Below are positions 1-7,854 of a stretch of 29,907 nt of DNA, in pieces. Position 1 is the stretch's first letter. Every line of letters begins with the position of its first letter. The stretch covers positions 1-29,907 of the IMG/VR virus record IMGVR_UViG_3300006169_000025. One strand, given 5' to 3'. The stretch comes from a virus (taxonomy: Duplodnaviria > Caudoviricetes). The notes under the pieces were generated by a model. It saw nothing but the letters and a program-made list of their open reading frames with translations, made no database searches and was not told the DNA's origin. The translations under genes were made by a program, and so were the position numbers.

Positions 1-87
1 CGCCCACCCCGCGAGGGTGTGCGACACGAGGACGGTGATCGGCTCCTCGCCGCGCTGGTCCCACCGGAACCCGCCCGGCAGACGACG
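1..87. repeat. 87-nt direct repeat identical to 29821-29907 (circular assembly overlap)
   Basis: Sequence cgcccacccc...cagacgacg occurs at both window ends and falls inside terL. Confidence 0.97.
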
Positions 88-1485
88 CCGCGACGCCGCG
101 GCCATGGCGTCGAATAGGGCCTTCTCGCCGCGGTGCACGAGCCGCGGCCGCGGGCTGGTGACCTCGTCGTAGAACCGGCCGCACGCCGCCGCGTAGTCCG
201 ACGCCGACACCCGCAACACCTCGACGTCTTGGCGCTCCAACTCGTCCGCCACCGACCGCGCCGGACCCGCGCCGAGCCCGGCCACCGCCCCCGGCTCCTG
301 CCGCACGTAGACCCCGACGAGGTACTTCGCGAGCCATTCCGCCCGCGGCCCCACTTCGAGGAGTTCGGTCAACATCACCCCCGACGGGTCACGCCACGCC
401 GCCGACACCGCCGCCTCCCGCCGGTCCGGGTCCACATGGAACCCGATCCCCACCCGCGCGTCCGCCGGTATCCGGTGGTCCGACGTCGCCAACCGCCACG
501 CCTTCGACTCGATCACGGTCTCGGCCTTCCCGGCCGCCGTCCGGTTCCCGTACGCCCGGAGGAAGTCCACCCGTCCCATGTCGTCCAACTGCTCCGCCAG
601 GTACGCGAGCCGGAGCCCGTTGTCCCGGCGCGGGTGACAGTCGAGGACCACGTCGAGCAACTGGTCGTCAGGCAACTCCTCCACCGGCACCCCGCCGACC
701 TCGTCCGGCACCCCCCACAGAAACCCGGCGAACCCCGACCGGCGCCCCGACTCCACCGCGGTCTCCACCTTCGCCCGCACCCCGTTGAGCCACGCCGACT
801 TCTCGGTCCCCGCCGCCGACAGGAGCCACGCCTGCCCCGGCTTCACTGACCACGCGGGCTTGTAACCCTGCTCAATCGCGGCCTTCTGCGCCAGGTCGAA
901 CGACCACAACTCGTCCACGATCACGAGGTCCGGCTCCTCGCCGTGCATCGCGTCGGCGTTCGGCGAGAACGGCGAAAACCCGGACTCCACCCGCGGCCAC
1001 CGCAACCGCTCCCGACCCGCCGTCGTGATCCGAGACAACTCCGGCCGCAACGCCGACCGGAGCAACTGCCGACACACGTCCTCCCACCGCCGCACCGCGT
1101 GCTGCCGCTTCTGCGCCGTGATCCACACCGACCGACCCGGCGCCGACCCGCACCGATGCGCCACCAACGGCCCAACTTTGAACGTCTTCCCCGCCCGCCG
1201 CGGCTCCAAATCCGCGACCTCGCCATACGCCCACTCACCCGGAAACGGGTCCCCCGCCTCCTCCGACTGCACCTCCAACGCCACGTCGAACACGAACCGC
1301 TGCGCCGGAAACAACGGCGCCCCGAGGAGTTCCGCGATCCGCGCCACCGCCGGGCCATACGTCGGCCGCTCAACCGTCCGCCGCGTCGCCCACCTGGGGG
1401 CCGGACCCCATGAGGACGGCCAACTCCCGTCGCTGGTCCTCGCCAGGTCCGGAGCCGTCTCCGGCCGGAGACTCGTCGCCGTCAC
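1..1485 (-). CDS. terL: Terminase large subunit, N-terminal 495 codons; continues across the circular join
   Basis: Hand-translated (absent from the ORF track because it runs off the edge). GTG at 1485, Walker A-like PRRAGKT, Walker B DLVIVDE, SAAGT motif, GFHVDPD nuclease-like region; lies between small terminase and portal. Confidence 0.9.
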   Translation of the reverse strand, partial: MTATSLRPETAPDLARTSDGSWPSSWGPAPRWATRRTVERPTYGPAVARIAELLGAPLFPAQRFVFDVALEVQSEEAGDPFPGEWAYGEVADLEPRRAGKTFKVGPLVAHRCGSAPGRSVWITAQKRQHAVRRWEDVCRQLLRSALRPELSRITTAGRERLRWPRVESGFSPFSPNADAMHGEEPDLVIVDELWSFDLAQKAAIEQGYKPAWSVKPGQAWLLSAAGTEKSAWLNGVRAKVETAVESGRRSGFAGFLWGVPDEVGGVPVEELPDDQLLDVVLDCHPRRDNGLRLAYLAEQLDDMGRVDFLRAYGNRTAAGKAETVIESKAWRLATSDHRIPADARVGIGFHVDPDRREAAVSAAWRDPSGVMLTELLEVGPRAEWLAKYLVGVYVRQEPGAVAGLGAGPARSVADELERQDVEVLRVSASDYAAACGRFYDEVTSPRPRLVHRGEKALFDAMAAASRRRLPGGFRWDQRGEEPITVLVSHTLAGWA

Positions 1486-1702
1486 CCCACACCACCCCCG
1501 CCGTCAACCTGTCCAGCGTCGTCCGCAACTCCCGGAGCGCCGTCAACCGCAACCGCGGATCGTCCTTCGCCGCGTCGGCGATCTTCGCGAACTCCACCGC
1601 GATCACGCCCAACCCGGCCCGCTCCGGCGGAATCGCCTCCGACTCGCCCAACTCCGTCACAATCCGCCGAACCTCGGCGGCCGCCGTACGTGCTCGCCCC
1701 AT
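1370..1702 (-). CDS. terS: Putative terminase small subunit (110 aa)
   Basis: Small helical protein (AKIADAA...ALRELRTTLDRL) overlapping the terL start; synteny. Confidence 0.7.
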   Translation of the reverse strand: MGRARTAAAEVRRIVTELGESEAIPPERAGLGVIAVEFAKIADAAKDDPRLRLTALRELRTTLDRLTAGVVWGDGDESPAGDGSGPGEDQRRELAVLMGSGPQVGDAADG

Positions 1703-1932
1703 CCGGGACCTCCTCGGGGTCGATCGGGCGCGGCCGGGGTGCCTGCCCTGCCCTGGTGTGTGTATTCAGTCGGCCAGGTATCTGGGCGCGGCCAATCGCC
1801 GTCAGAAAAAACCGGCCGTTGTCAACGGCGATCCCGCGGTGTGGTCGGCGTGCGTCCGGGGTGCGGACGTGGCGGGGTGTGGGCGCCGTGAGTGGCGTGG
1901 CGTGGGTGGTGGCGTGGGTGGTGTGCATGGGG

Positions 1933-2232
1933 TTACCACTCGCGGCTGGGTTGGGTGGCGGCGGTGCGTCGGCGGCGTGCGACTTCGCGGCGTACGTCGT
2001 GTCCGGCTCGGATGGAGCAGGCTTGGTGTTCGGGCCAGAGGTCGAGGTCTTCGCCGCCGAGGGCGCGGGGTTGGTCGTCGGGGTGGCCGAGGTGCCAGCG
2101 GTCGGTGGCGGTGATGGGTTGTCCGCACCGTCGGCAGGGGAGGGGGCCGACGGTGGCGAGGTGGTGGGTGAAGGGTGCGCGGAGTTGGCGCCACTGGTGG
2201 GTGGAGCCGGTGGGGGTGAGTGCGCTGGGCAC
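1933..2232 (-). CDS. HNH-type endonuclease, probably packaging-associated (99 aa from GTG 2232)
   Basis: CRRCGQPI...WHLGH...PEHQACS zinc/HNH-like pattern; last gene before terS as in cos phages. Confidence 0.75.
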   Translation of the reverse strand: MPSALTPTGSTHQWRQLRAPFTHHLATVGPLPCRRCGQPITATDRWHLGHPDDQPRALGGEDLDLWPEHQACSIRAGHDVRREVARRRRTAATQPSREW

Positions 2233-2254
2233 GGGGTGAGCGTCCTTCGCGGGT

Positions 2255-2263
2255 TGTGGATAA
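2255..2263 (-). promoter_or_regulatory. Perfect DnaA box (TTATCCACA)
   Basis: tgtggataa on the + strand, in non-coding space about 170 bp from iteron-like repeats. Confidence 0.6.
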
Positions 2264-2426
2264 CCGGGTTGGATGCTCTGGTCTCGGGGTCCAGTGTGCA
2301 TCGGTTGGGGTGGGGTTGGCGAACGTGGCGGCGGGGGCCGCGTGCGCGCGTCGCGTGTCTACTGCCGGAGGACGAATGGTCACGGTGAGTGGGGGTCTTC
2401 GTCAGTCCGTCCGTCCGTCCGTATGT

Positions 2427-2513
2427 ATGCGACTCGGTGGGGGCGATCGTTGGGCGATCGGTGGGGCGAGTCGGTGGGGCGATCGGTGGGGCGGTCGGTT
2501 GGGCGAGTCGCAT
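2427..2513. repeat. Six iteron-like 11-13-bp direct repeats (TCGGTGGGGCGA) bracketed by a 10-bp inverted repeat; candidate origin
   Basis: Units start at 2434, 2447, 2458, 2471, 2483, 2495; ATGCGACTCG (2427-2436) and CGAGTCGCAT (2504-2513); adjacent (GTCC)n run at 2405-2422. Confidence 0.7.
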
Positions 2514-2519
2514 GGGTGG

Positions 2520-2933
2520 TCAGTCGGCGGGTCGCTTGATGCCTCGGCAGCCGGTCGCGTCGGTCCAGCATTCGGGGTCGTGCCACCGCTTGCAGTTGGT
2601 GCGTTCGGCTCCTCGCTTGCGGCGGTTGGCGAGTTCGTCGGCGGTGGCGGTGGTGAGTTGGTGGACGTCCCAGTTGTGGACCTGCCACGCGCCGGTCTTC
2701 TCCTCCCATAGCCGGTGCTTCACGAGGAGGCGGGCGGTGGCTTGGGTGCCGTGGACGGAGGCGAGGGCGTAGGTGGGGATGCGTCCGTCGGTGCCTGCTG
2801 CTCCGGACCACGCGAGCGCGAACATGTAGGAGGCGGCGGCCTGCCATCGCTTGGGGCTGGGGTCGTGGATGAGGGCGAGGAACTTGTCGTGCGTGGGGAT
2901 GCCGGTGTCGAGTTTGACCCACGGGAGAGCCAT
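2520..2933 (-). CDS. Putative replication initiator-like helix-turn-helix protein (137 aa)
   Basis: MALPWVKLD...HDKF, GTDGRIP, WQVHNWD pattern resembles N-termini of actinophage initiator proteins; iteron-like repeats follow directly. Confidence 0.6.
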   Translation of the reverse strand: MALPWVKLDTGIPTHDKFLALIHDPSPKRWQAAASYMFALAWSGAAGTDGRIPTYALASVHGTQATARLLVKHRLWEEKTGAWQVHNWDVHQLTTATADELANRRKRGAERTNCKRWHDPECWTDATGCRGIKRPAD

Positions 2934-2940
2934 GACGGTG

Positions 2941-3186
2941 TCAGTCCTTCCGGTCGGAGGTCCAGAGGGTGGCGGCCCACGTGAAGGGGCCGAGGTGAAT
3001 GCCGAGCATGGCGAGGCGCCCGTACTCGGGTTCGGTGTCGGCGGTGATGCCGACGCCGAACGACCGCGGGTCTACCCACCATCCGGTTTCGACGTGGAGC
3101 CCGGGCGGTTTGCCCCACTGTCGGTTGGTGAGTTCGCCGCTGCTCGGGTCTGCGCGGGCGGCGTGCCAGGTCTCGCGGAAGGTCAT
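2941..3186 (-). CDS. Hypothetical protein (81 aa)
   Basis: ATG at 3186 overlaps the upstream stop (ATGA); GGAGGAG Shine-Dalgarno. Confidence 0.65.
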   Translation of the reverse strand: MTFRETWHAARADPSSGELTNRQWGKPPGLHVETGWWVDPRSFGVGITADTEPEYGRLAMLGIHLGPFTWAATLWTSDRKD

Positions 3187-3623
3187 CGGTTTCTCCTCCG
3201 TGCTCGGCGTTGGGCGAGGGCGTCGGGGACGAGGCGGCGGGCGACGTGTGCGGCGTACTCGTCGGGGTGGGCGTTGACGAGGTCGGCGAGGGCGAGGAGT
3301 TCGGCGCGGGTCTGCTCGTCGCCTTGCCAGCCCTTGCGTCCTCGGGAGGCGTAGTCGGTGACGACGGCGGCGGGGTCTTCGTCCCATCGGCTGGGCCGGT
3401 CGGCGGCGTGGCGGTGGGAGGCGATGCAGGTCTGGCAGAACAGGAACGCGGCGCGCTGCTGTCCGTGCTTGCGGTAGAGGGCGGCGGCTTCGTCCCACGT
3501 GACGAGGTTGGCGACGTCGGTGGTGGGGCGTCCGCACACGGTGCGGTGTTGGTCCGCCCATGGTGGGGCCATGCGGCGGAGGTGGCGGAGGGGTGCGCCG
3601 AACGGGTCGGCGGGCTCGGTCAT
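3183..3623 (-). CDS. Hypothetical protein with Cys/His motifs (146 aa)
   Basis: ATGA coupling at both ends; HRTVCG and FCQTC motifs. Confidence 0.7.
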   Translation of the reverse strand: MTEPADPFGAPLRHLRRMAPPWADQHRTVCGRPTTDVANLVTWDEAAALYRKHGQQRAAFLFCQTCIASHRHAADRPSRWDEDPAAVVTDYASRGRKGWQGDEQTRAELLALADLVNAHPDEYAAHVARRLVPDALAQRRARRRNR

Positions 3624-4129
3624 GGGGTGGTGCTCCTGGTGGGGTAGGCGATGGTGATGCAGGCGCCTTCGTAGCCGAGGGGGTCGCGGTTGGGGTCGCC
3701 GACGTAGGTCTTGCGGGTGGTGAGGTCGGTGACTTGGGCGTCGTCGGTGAGGAGTCCGGCGTCGGTGAGGGCGTCGAGGATGAGGCGGGCCAACTTGTCT
3801 ATGTCGCCGGTCCTACGGCTGGTGGCGGGGGTGGTGGCGTACCGGGGGCGGATGGGTCCGGCGAGTTCGGTGCGTCCGTTGCGTTGGGCGCGGTGGGTCT
3901 GGGGTCGGGGGAGTACGAACGTGACGTCGATGAGGACGGGTTCGCGGGGTTCGGCGGTGGTGTGGACTTGGCGGGCGGTGTTGGTGACGCGGTCGCGCCA
4001 GGTCTTCAACTCGGGTCCGGCGTCTTCGGTGAGTTGGTGGCGGACTTTGCCGCTGCGTCCGATGCACTTCATTGAGCCCTTGGGCTTGGGGGTGCCGGGG
4101 ACTCGGAGGGTTACGGCGGGCGCGGTCAC
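3620..4129 (-). CDS. rusA: RusA-family Holliday junction resolvase (169 aa)
   Basis: VPGTPKPKGS N-terminus; GDIDKLARLILDALTDAGLLTDDAQV catalytic motif. Confidence 0.9.
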   Translation of the reverse strand: MTAPAVTLRVPGTPKPKGSMKCIGRSGKVRHQLTEDAGPELKTWRDRVTNTARQVHTTAEPREPVLIDVTFVLPRPQTHRAQRNGRTELAGPIRPRYATTPATSRRTGDIDKLARLILDALTDAGLLTDDAQVTDLTTRKTYVGDPNRDPLGYEGACITIAYPTRSTTP

Positions 4130-4287
4130 TGGTCGGCCTCCGGTACGGCGGGAGCGTGGGAGGCGAACCGGCCGAGCGGTCCGACGTGGCGCCACAGGGT
4201 GGCGTCGGCGGTCGTGATGAACGGCGGGGCGGTGGGGCGGCCGACGATCGGTCGGCCGCACCGCTGGCAGACGGAGTACCGCTTCAC
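4126..4287 (-). CDS. Small hypothetical protein (53 aa, CxxC), ends EADQ
   Basis: Linker at both ends; MKRYSVCQRCGRP... Confidence 0.65.
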   Translation of the reverse strand: MKRYSVCQRCGRPIVGRPTAPPFITTADATLWRHVGPLGRFASHAPAVPEADQ

Positions 4288-4463
4288 TGGTCGGCCTTCC
4301 GGAGGTAGCGGCGTCGGCCGATCCGGCTGGCCATGCCGCCGAGCGGGCGGGCGATCACTTCCCACCGCTGGTTCGGGCACCGCCACCGGTACTCGATCTG
4401 GAACACGTCGGCCGGGAGCGTGGGCCGTTCATCGAGCGGCTGGCAGTCGTGGGTGTACCTCAC
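4284..4463 (-). CDS. Small hypothetical protein (59 aa), ends KADQ
   Basis: Linker at both ends; MRYTHDCQP... Confidence 0.6.
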   Translation of the reverse strand: MRYTHDCQPLDERPTLPADVFQIEYRWRCPNQRWEVIARPLGGMASRIGRRRYLRKADQ

Positions 4464-4723
4464 TGGTCGCCCTCGTCGTAGACGTGGAACACGAACGCCC
4501 CGTCGTGGAGGAGCGCGGTCCCGGCGTAGGTCGCGGAGGCGGGCGGGCGTCCGCCGGTGGGCACGATGTAGAACCGGCGGCCCACGATCGGGCGGGAGGT
4601 GTCCACTTCGGTCCACACGGTGACGAGGTCGTGTTGCTCGGCGACGTGTAGGACGCGGGCGCCCTGGTGGGATTCGACGTCGGTTTTGCGAGTGGGGAGG
4701 TGGTGCTTGTGGATGGTCTTCAC
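4460..4723 (-). CDS. Small beta-rich phage hypothetical protein (87 aa), ends EGDQ
   Basis: MKTIHKH...VLHVAEQ...VWTEVD...PTG...YAGT...VFHVYD; linker at both ends. Confidence 0.75.
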   Translation of the reverse strand: MKTIHKHHLPTRKTDVESHQGARVLHVAEQHDLVTVWTEVDTSRPIVGRRFYIVPTGGRPPASATYAGTALLHDGAFVFHVYDEGDQ

Positions 4724-5049
4724 TGGTCGCGCTCCTCGTGGTGGCGGGCGGCGGTCCGGACGCGGCGTGCGGCGTCGGCGTACGCGGCGAGGACGTGGTC
4801 GGCGTTCTGGAACTCGCCGACGGTGGGGAGGAGGTCGTCGGTGGCCTGTCCGGCGATTCCGGCTAGCGCGACGATGGAGCCGCCCATGGTGGGGTGTCCG
4901 TTCTCGGCGAGCGCGAGGCCACGGTTGGAGAGTCGGACGAGGCAGGCGCGGATGAGTCCGAGGCGTTGGCCGGGGGTGAGGTCGCGGAGGGTGGCGGCGA
5001 TCTGGTCGGCTTCGGCGTCGGCGAGGGGTGAGAGGTCGTCGGGGTTCAC
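4720..5049 (-). CDS. Hypothetical protein (109 aa), ends ERDQ
   Basis: GTGA overlaps at both ends. Confidence 0.7.
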   Translation of the reverse strand: MNPDDLSPLADAEADQIAATLRDLTPGQRLGLIRACLVRLSNRGLALAENGHPTMGGSIVALAGIAGQATDDLLPTVGEFQNADHVLAAYADAARRVRTAARHHEERDQ

Positions 5050-5495
5050 GGGGTGGTGGCCTTCCGGGTGAGCGCGTCGAACAGGGCGCCGAGGTCGGGG
5101 TCTTCGATCCCGTACGCGTCGGCGTGTGCGGTGAGGGCGGACCGGACGAGGGCCACGGCTTCGCGGACGTCTTCGTCGGCGGCAAGGGCGGCGAACTCGT
5201 CGGCCTCTTGGCGGACGCGGGCGACGGTCTGCTCGTGGCCGGTGTGGGCCTGGTCGCGGGTGGAGTAGCGGCTCTGTTCCTGGTCGAGGTTGCCGCCGAA
5301 CACCATGGTTTCAAAGATGAGGGGCGGGCCGTCTCCCCACTGGTGGTTGAGGCCGAGCCAGACGGTGGAGACCTCGACGTCGCCGACGGTGGAGCGGAGG
5401 CGTTCGCGTTCCCACGTGGTGCCTTCGCGGAGGGTGGTCCACTGGTCGAGGGTGATGGGGTTCCCGTGGGGGCCGTAGTAGCGGGGTGTCATCAT
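5046..5495 (-). CDS. Phage hypothetical protein (149 aa)
   Basis: VSTVWLGLNH...GPPLIFETMVF motif that I recognise from phage proteins of unknown function. Confidence 0.75.
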   Translation of the reverse strand: MMTPRYYGPHGNPITLDQWTTLREGTTWERERLRSTVGDVEVSTVWLGLNHQWGDGPPLIFETMVFGGNLDQEQSRYSTRDQAHTGHEQTVARVRQEADEFAALAADEDVREAVALVRSALTAHADAYGIEDPDLGALFDALTRKATTP

Positions 5496-5506
5496 GTCGT
5501 CGGTTC

Positions 5507-5704
5507 CTAGAACGGGGCGTCGCGGGCGTTACGGGCGGCGGTGCGGTTGCGGAGGTAGCGGCCGAGGATTCGCGCGGCGTCGCTGCCGAGGGCTTCGGCG
5601 GTCTCGTCGGCGTCGTCGTGGTAGGCGTCCCGGGTGACGTCAATGGCGACCCGGACGGCGACGCCTTCGCGTTCGATTTCGGCTTCATAGTGGGCTCCGG
5701 TCAC
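5507..5704 (-). CDS. Small hypothetical protein (65 aa)
   Basis: Starts at linker GTG 5704; MTGAHYEAEIEREG... Confidence 0.65.
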   Translation of the reverse strand: MTGAHYEAEIEREGVAVRVAIDVTRDAYHDDADETAEALGSDAARILGRYLRNRTAARNARDAPF

Positions 5705-5877
5705 TGGTCGGCCTCCTCGGGGACGGACCACGGGTCGGGGGTGCATCGGTGGGCGGTTCGTCGGGTCGTGACTTGGGGCGTGAGGTAGCCGAGGCCGTCG
5801 GGTATCAGGGCGGTGACCCGGACCCCGACCGTCACCTCTTCGCCGCACGCGGGGCACCACGCCGGGATCGTCTTCAC
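5701..5877 (-). CDS. Small hypothetical protein (58 aa, CPAC...HRC), ends EEADQ
   Basis: Linker at both ends. Confidence 0.65.
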   Translation of the reverse strand: MKTIPAWCPACGEEVTVGVRVTALIPDGLGYLTPQVTTRRTAHRCTPDPWSVPEEADQ

Positions 5878-6050
5878 TGGACGTCGGCCTCCTCTCCGGT
5901 GTAGAGCCACCGCGCGACCTCCCGGACGGTGCCGACGTGGACGGAGCGGCCGGACAGGAGGGCGAGGGCGGCGGCGAGGCACATGGCGCGTCGGGTCTGC
6001 TCGGGCGTCATGGCGACGCCCGGCCCGTAGGTGTACGTCTCGCCGGTCAC
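5874..6050 (-). CDS. Small hypothetical protein (58 aa), ends EEADVQ
   Basis: Hand-translated MTGETYTYGPGVAMTPEQTRRAMCLAAALALLSGRSVHVGTVREVARWLYTGEEADVQ*; fills the gap exactly with GTGA overlaps. Confidence 0.65.
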   Translation of the reverse strand: MTGETYTYGPGVAMTPEQTRRAMCLAAALALLSGRSVHVGTVREVARWLYTGEEADVQ

Positions 6051-6310
6051 CGGGTGATCACCCCGCGGCGTCCGTCGTTGCGGGCGGGGCCGCCGGGCTT
6101 GGCCTGCGCCGGGGTCCGGCCGGTCTTCACGGCCTCGACCTCGGGAGCGTCGAACCCGGCCTCCTTGACGTCGCCGTCGTGGAGGTAGCGGAGGGTGACG
6201 CGCTCGCAGGCGTGTTCAAAGAACGCGACGGCCACGGCCTTGCCGACGAGGCCGGTGGACTTCTCCCGGTACTCCTCGCCGAGGACGATGTCGGAGCGGT
6301 AGCGGCTCAC
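6047..6310 (-). CDS. Small hypothetical protein (87 aa)
   Basis: Starts at linker GTG; IVLGEEYREKSTGLVG...PGGP. Confidence 0.7.
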   Translation of the reverse strand: MSRYRSDIVLGEEYREKSTGLVGKAVAVAFFEHACERVTLRYLHDGDVKEAGFDAPEVEAVKTGRTPAQAKPGGPARNDGRRGVITR

Positions 6311-6468
6311 TGGTCGGCCCTCCCCACTTCGGTGAAGTAGTCGAGGGTGCGCGCGACACCCGGCGCGACGGTGAGGGGGAACGTCACCTCGGCGCCGGTG
6401 GTCTCGTCCATCACCACGACGACGTCGTCGGCGAGTTGGACGACGAGCCGGTCGGTAATCCTGGTCAC
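6307..6468 (-). CDS. Small hypothetical protein (53 aa), ends RADQ
   Basis: Linker at both ends. Confidence 0.65.
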   Translation of the reverse strand: MTRITDRLVVQLADDVVVVMDETTGAEVTFPLTVAPGVARTLDYFTEVGRADQ

Positions 6469-6707
6469 TGGTCGGCCTCCTGGGCGTTGGCGACGGCGGC
6501 ACGGACGAACGCGTCCTTGGCTTCGAGGAGGTGCCGGAGCCCGGCGGTCAACTCGGGCCCGTCGGGGAGGTTGTCGATCAGGCGGGCGGCGAGGTCTTCG
6601 CACGAGAGCGCGACGGCGAGCCCGGGATGGTTGGCGCCGTAGTGGTCGGAGGTGAACCACCGGGCGACCTGCTGGGTTGAGGGGTGGCGGTCGGTGGTGT
6701 CGATCAT
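6465..6707 (-). CDS. Small helical-hairpin phage protein (80 aa), ends EADQ
   Basis: LPDGPELTAGLRHLLEAKDAFVRAA motif; ATGA overlap with upstream gene. Confidence 0.75.
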   Translation of the reverse strand: MIDTTDRHPSTQQVARWFTSDHYGANHPGLAVALSCEDLAARLIDNLPDGPELTAGLRHLLEAKDAFVRAAVANAQEADQ

Positions 6708-7147
6708 GCGGACTCCTGGGTGTTGTCGAGGGCTTCGAGGGCGGCGAGGAGCGCGTCGCGTACGACGGCGACGGCGTCCTCCTGGGTCGCGACGGCCGAG
6801 GGTCGAGGCTGGTAGGTGTCGGCGTCGCGGCCGTCCTGGTGGGCGGGGTGGACGTAGACCCGGCACCTGTCGCGCTTCTCGGTCAGGCGCACGATCCGGC
6901 CTTCCTTGTGGAGGGTGGAGAGCGCGCCGGACGCCTGCCCGTGGTGCCACCCGAGGGTGGCCGCCAACTCGCGCCAGGTGTAGCCGTCGCGGCCGACGTC
7001 GCGGAGCGCGGTCAGGGTGGCGCGTTGCCGGTGGCTGGTGGTGCCGTCAGTGTCTTCGCGGGCGGCGCGGTCGCGGCTGGTGTCGGTGCCGGACCAGCCG
7101 GAGGTCCCGGCGTAGGGGGTCAGGGGGAGGGCGTCGTCGGCGGTCAC
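6704..7147 (-). CDS. Winged helix-turn-helix protein (147 aa)
   Basis: GYTWRELAATLGWHHGQASGALSTLHKEGRIVR; starts at linker GTG. Confidence 0.75.
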   Translation of the reverse strand: MTADDALPLTPYAGTSGWSGTDTSRDRAAREDTDGTTSHRQRATLTALRDVGRDGYTWRELAATLGWHHGQASGALSTLHKEGRIVRLTEKRDRCRVYVHPAHQDGRDADTYQPRPSAVATQEDAVAVVRDALLAALEALDNTQESA

Positions 7148-7563
7148 TGGTCGCCCTCCTCGACCTCGTCGGCGAGCCGCGGGCCCACGGCCTCGACGCC
7201 GTCCTCGATCGTGAGTTGGGCCGGGTCGCCGTACGCGCCGTCCTCGTCTACCTCCACGATGGAGAACGGGATCGGCTTCCGGCCGGTGCGCTTCTCGACG
7301 GCGGCCTGGACGGCGTCGCGGATCCCGGGGTCTACGTCGCCGAGCAACCCGACGGGCTCGACCCGGCGAACGCGGATGGTTGGGACGTACTCGCCGGAGT
7401 CGGTGTCGAGGGTGACCTTGGAGACGTCGAACCACACGACGGCGACGCGGAGGGGGGTGTCGCCGTCTTCGGCCTCGCGGACGAGGGTGTCGGCGAGCGA
7501 GTCAACGCCGTTGGTTTCGGGGTCGCCGGGCATCTTGGCGGACAACTTCACTACTGCGGACAT
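7144..7563 (-). CDS. Hypothetical acidic protein (139 aa), ends EEGDQ
   Basis: ATG with AGGAAGG Shine-Dalgarno; linker at 3' end. Confidence 0.75.
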   Translation of the reverse strand: MSAVVKLSAKMPGDPETNGVDSLADTLVREAEDGDTPLRVAVVWFDVSKVTLDTDSGEYVPTIRVRRVEPVGLLGDVDPGIRDAVQAAVEKRTGRKPIPFSIVEVDEDGAYGDPAQLTIEDGVEAVGPRLADEVEEGDQ

Positions 7564-7660
7564 GCGGGCTTTCCTTCCTGGTGGGGGTGGGTTGTTGCTG
7601 GGTCAGGGGGTGACGGTGGTCGGGGCACCCGTCGGGACATTCGGTGCAACGGTGGGTCAC
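7502..7660 (-). CDS. Possible short Cys/His-rich ORF (52 aa)
   Basis: Starts at linker GTG 7660 (MTHRCTECPDGCPDHRH...) but overlaps the next gene by 62 nt. Confidence 0.3.
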   Translation of the reverse strand: MTHRCTECPDGCPDHRHPLTQQQPTPTRKESPHVRSSEVVRQDARRPRNQRR

Positions 7661-7854
7661 TGGTCGCCCTCCTCGGCCGGGTGGCCGGTGCGGACGTACT
7701 CGGCGAGGTCCACGAGCCCGAGCAGGAGTTCGGCGACGCTGGGATTCCAGTCGGCGCGCACGGACGGGTAGAGGGCGTCCCGGGCGGCGTGGAGCGCGAG
7801 GGCACGGTCGCGGGGCTCGCCGTCGAGTTCGTTCGGGTCGAGGCGGCCGGTCAC
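7657..7854 (-). CDS. Small hypothetical protein (65 aa), ends EEGDQ
   Basis: Linker at both ends. Confidence 0.65.
   Translation of the reverse strand: MTGRLDPNELDGEPRDRALALHAARDALYPSVRADWNPSVAELLLGLVDLAEYVRTGHPAEEGDQ

Noticed and set aside
1-87. End repeat as a biological terminal repeat or attL/attR
   Set aside because: It interrupts terL in frame and attP lies elsewhere; best explained as assembler overlap of a circular contig.
5193-5207. Degenerate linker GAGGCCGACGAGTTC inside the 5046-5495 gene as a fossil junction
   Set aside because: 12/15 match made of common codons (EADE); loss of the stop alone would not fuse to a GTGA-coupled gene in frame.
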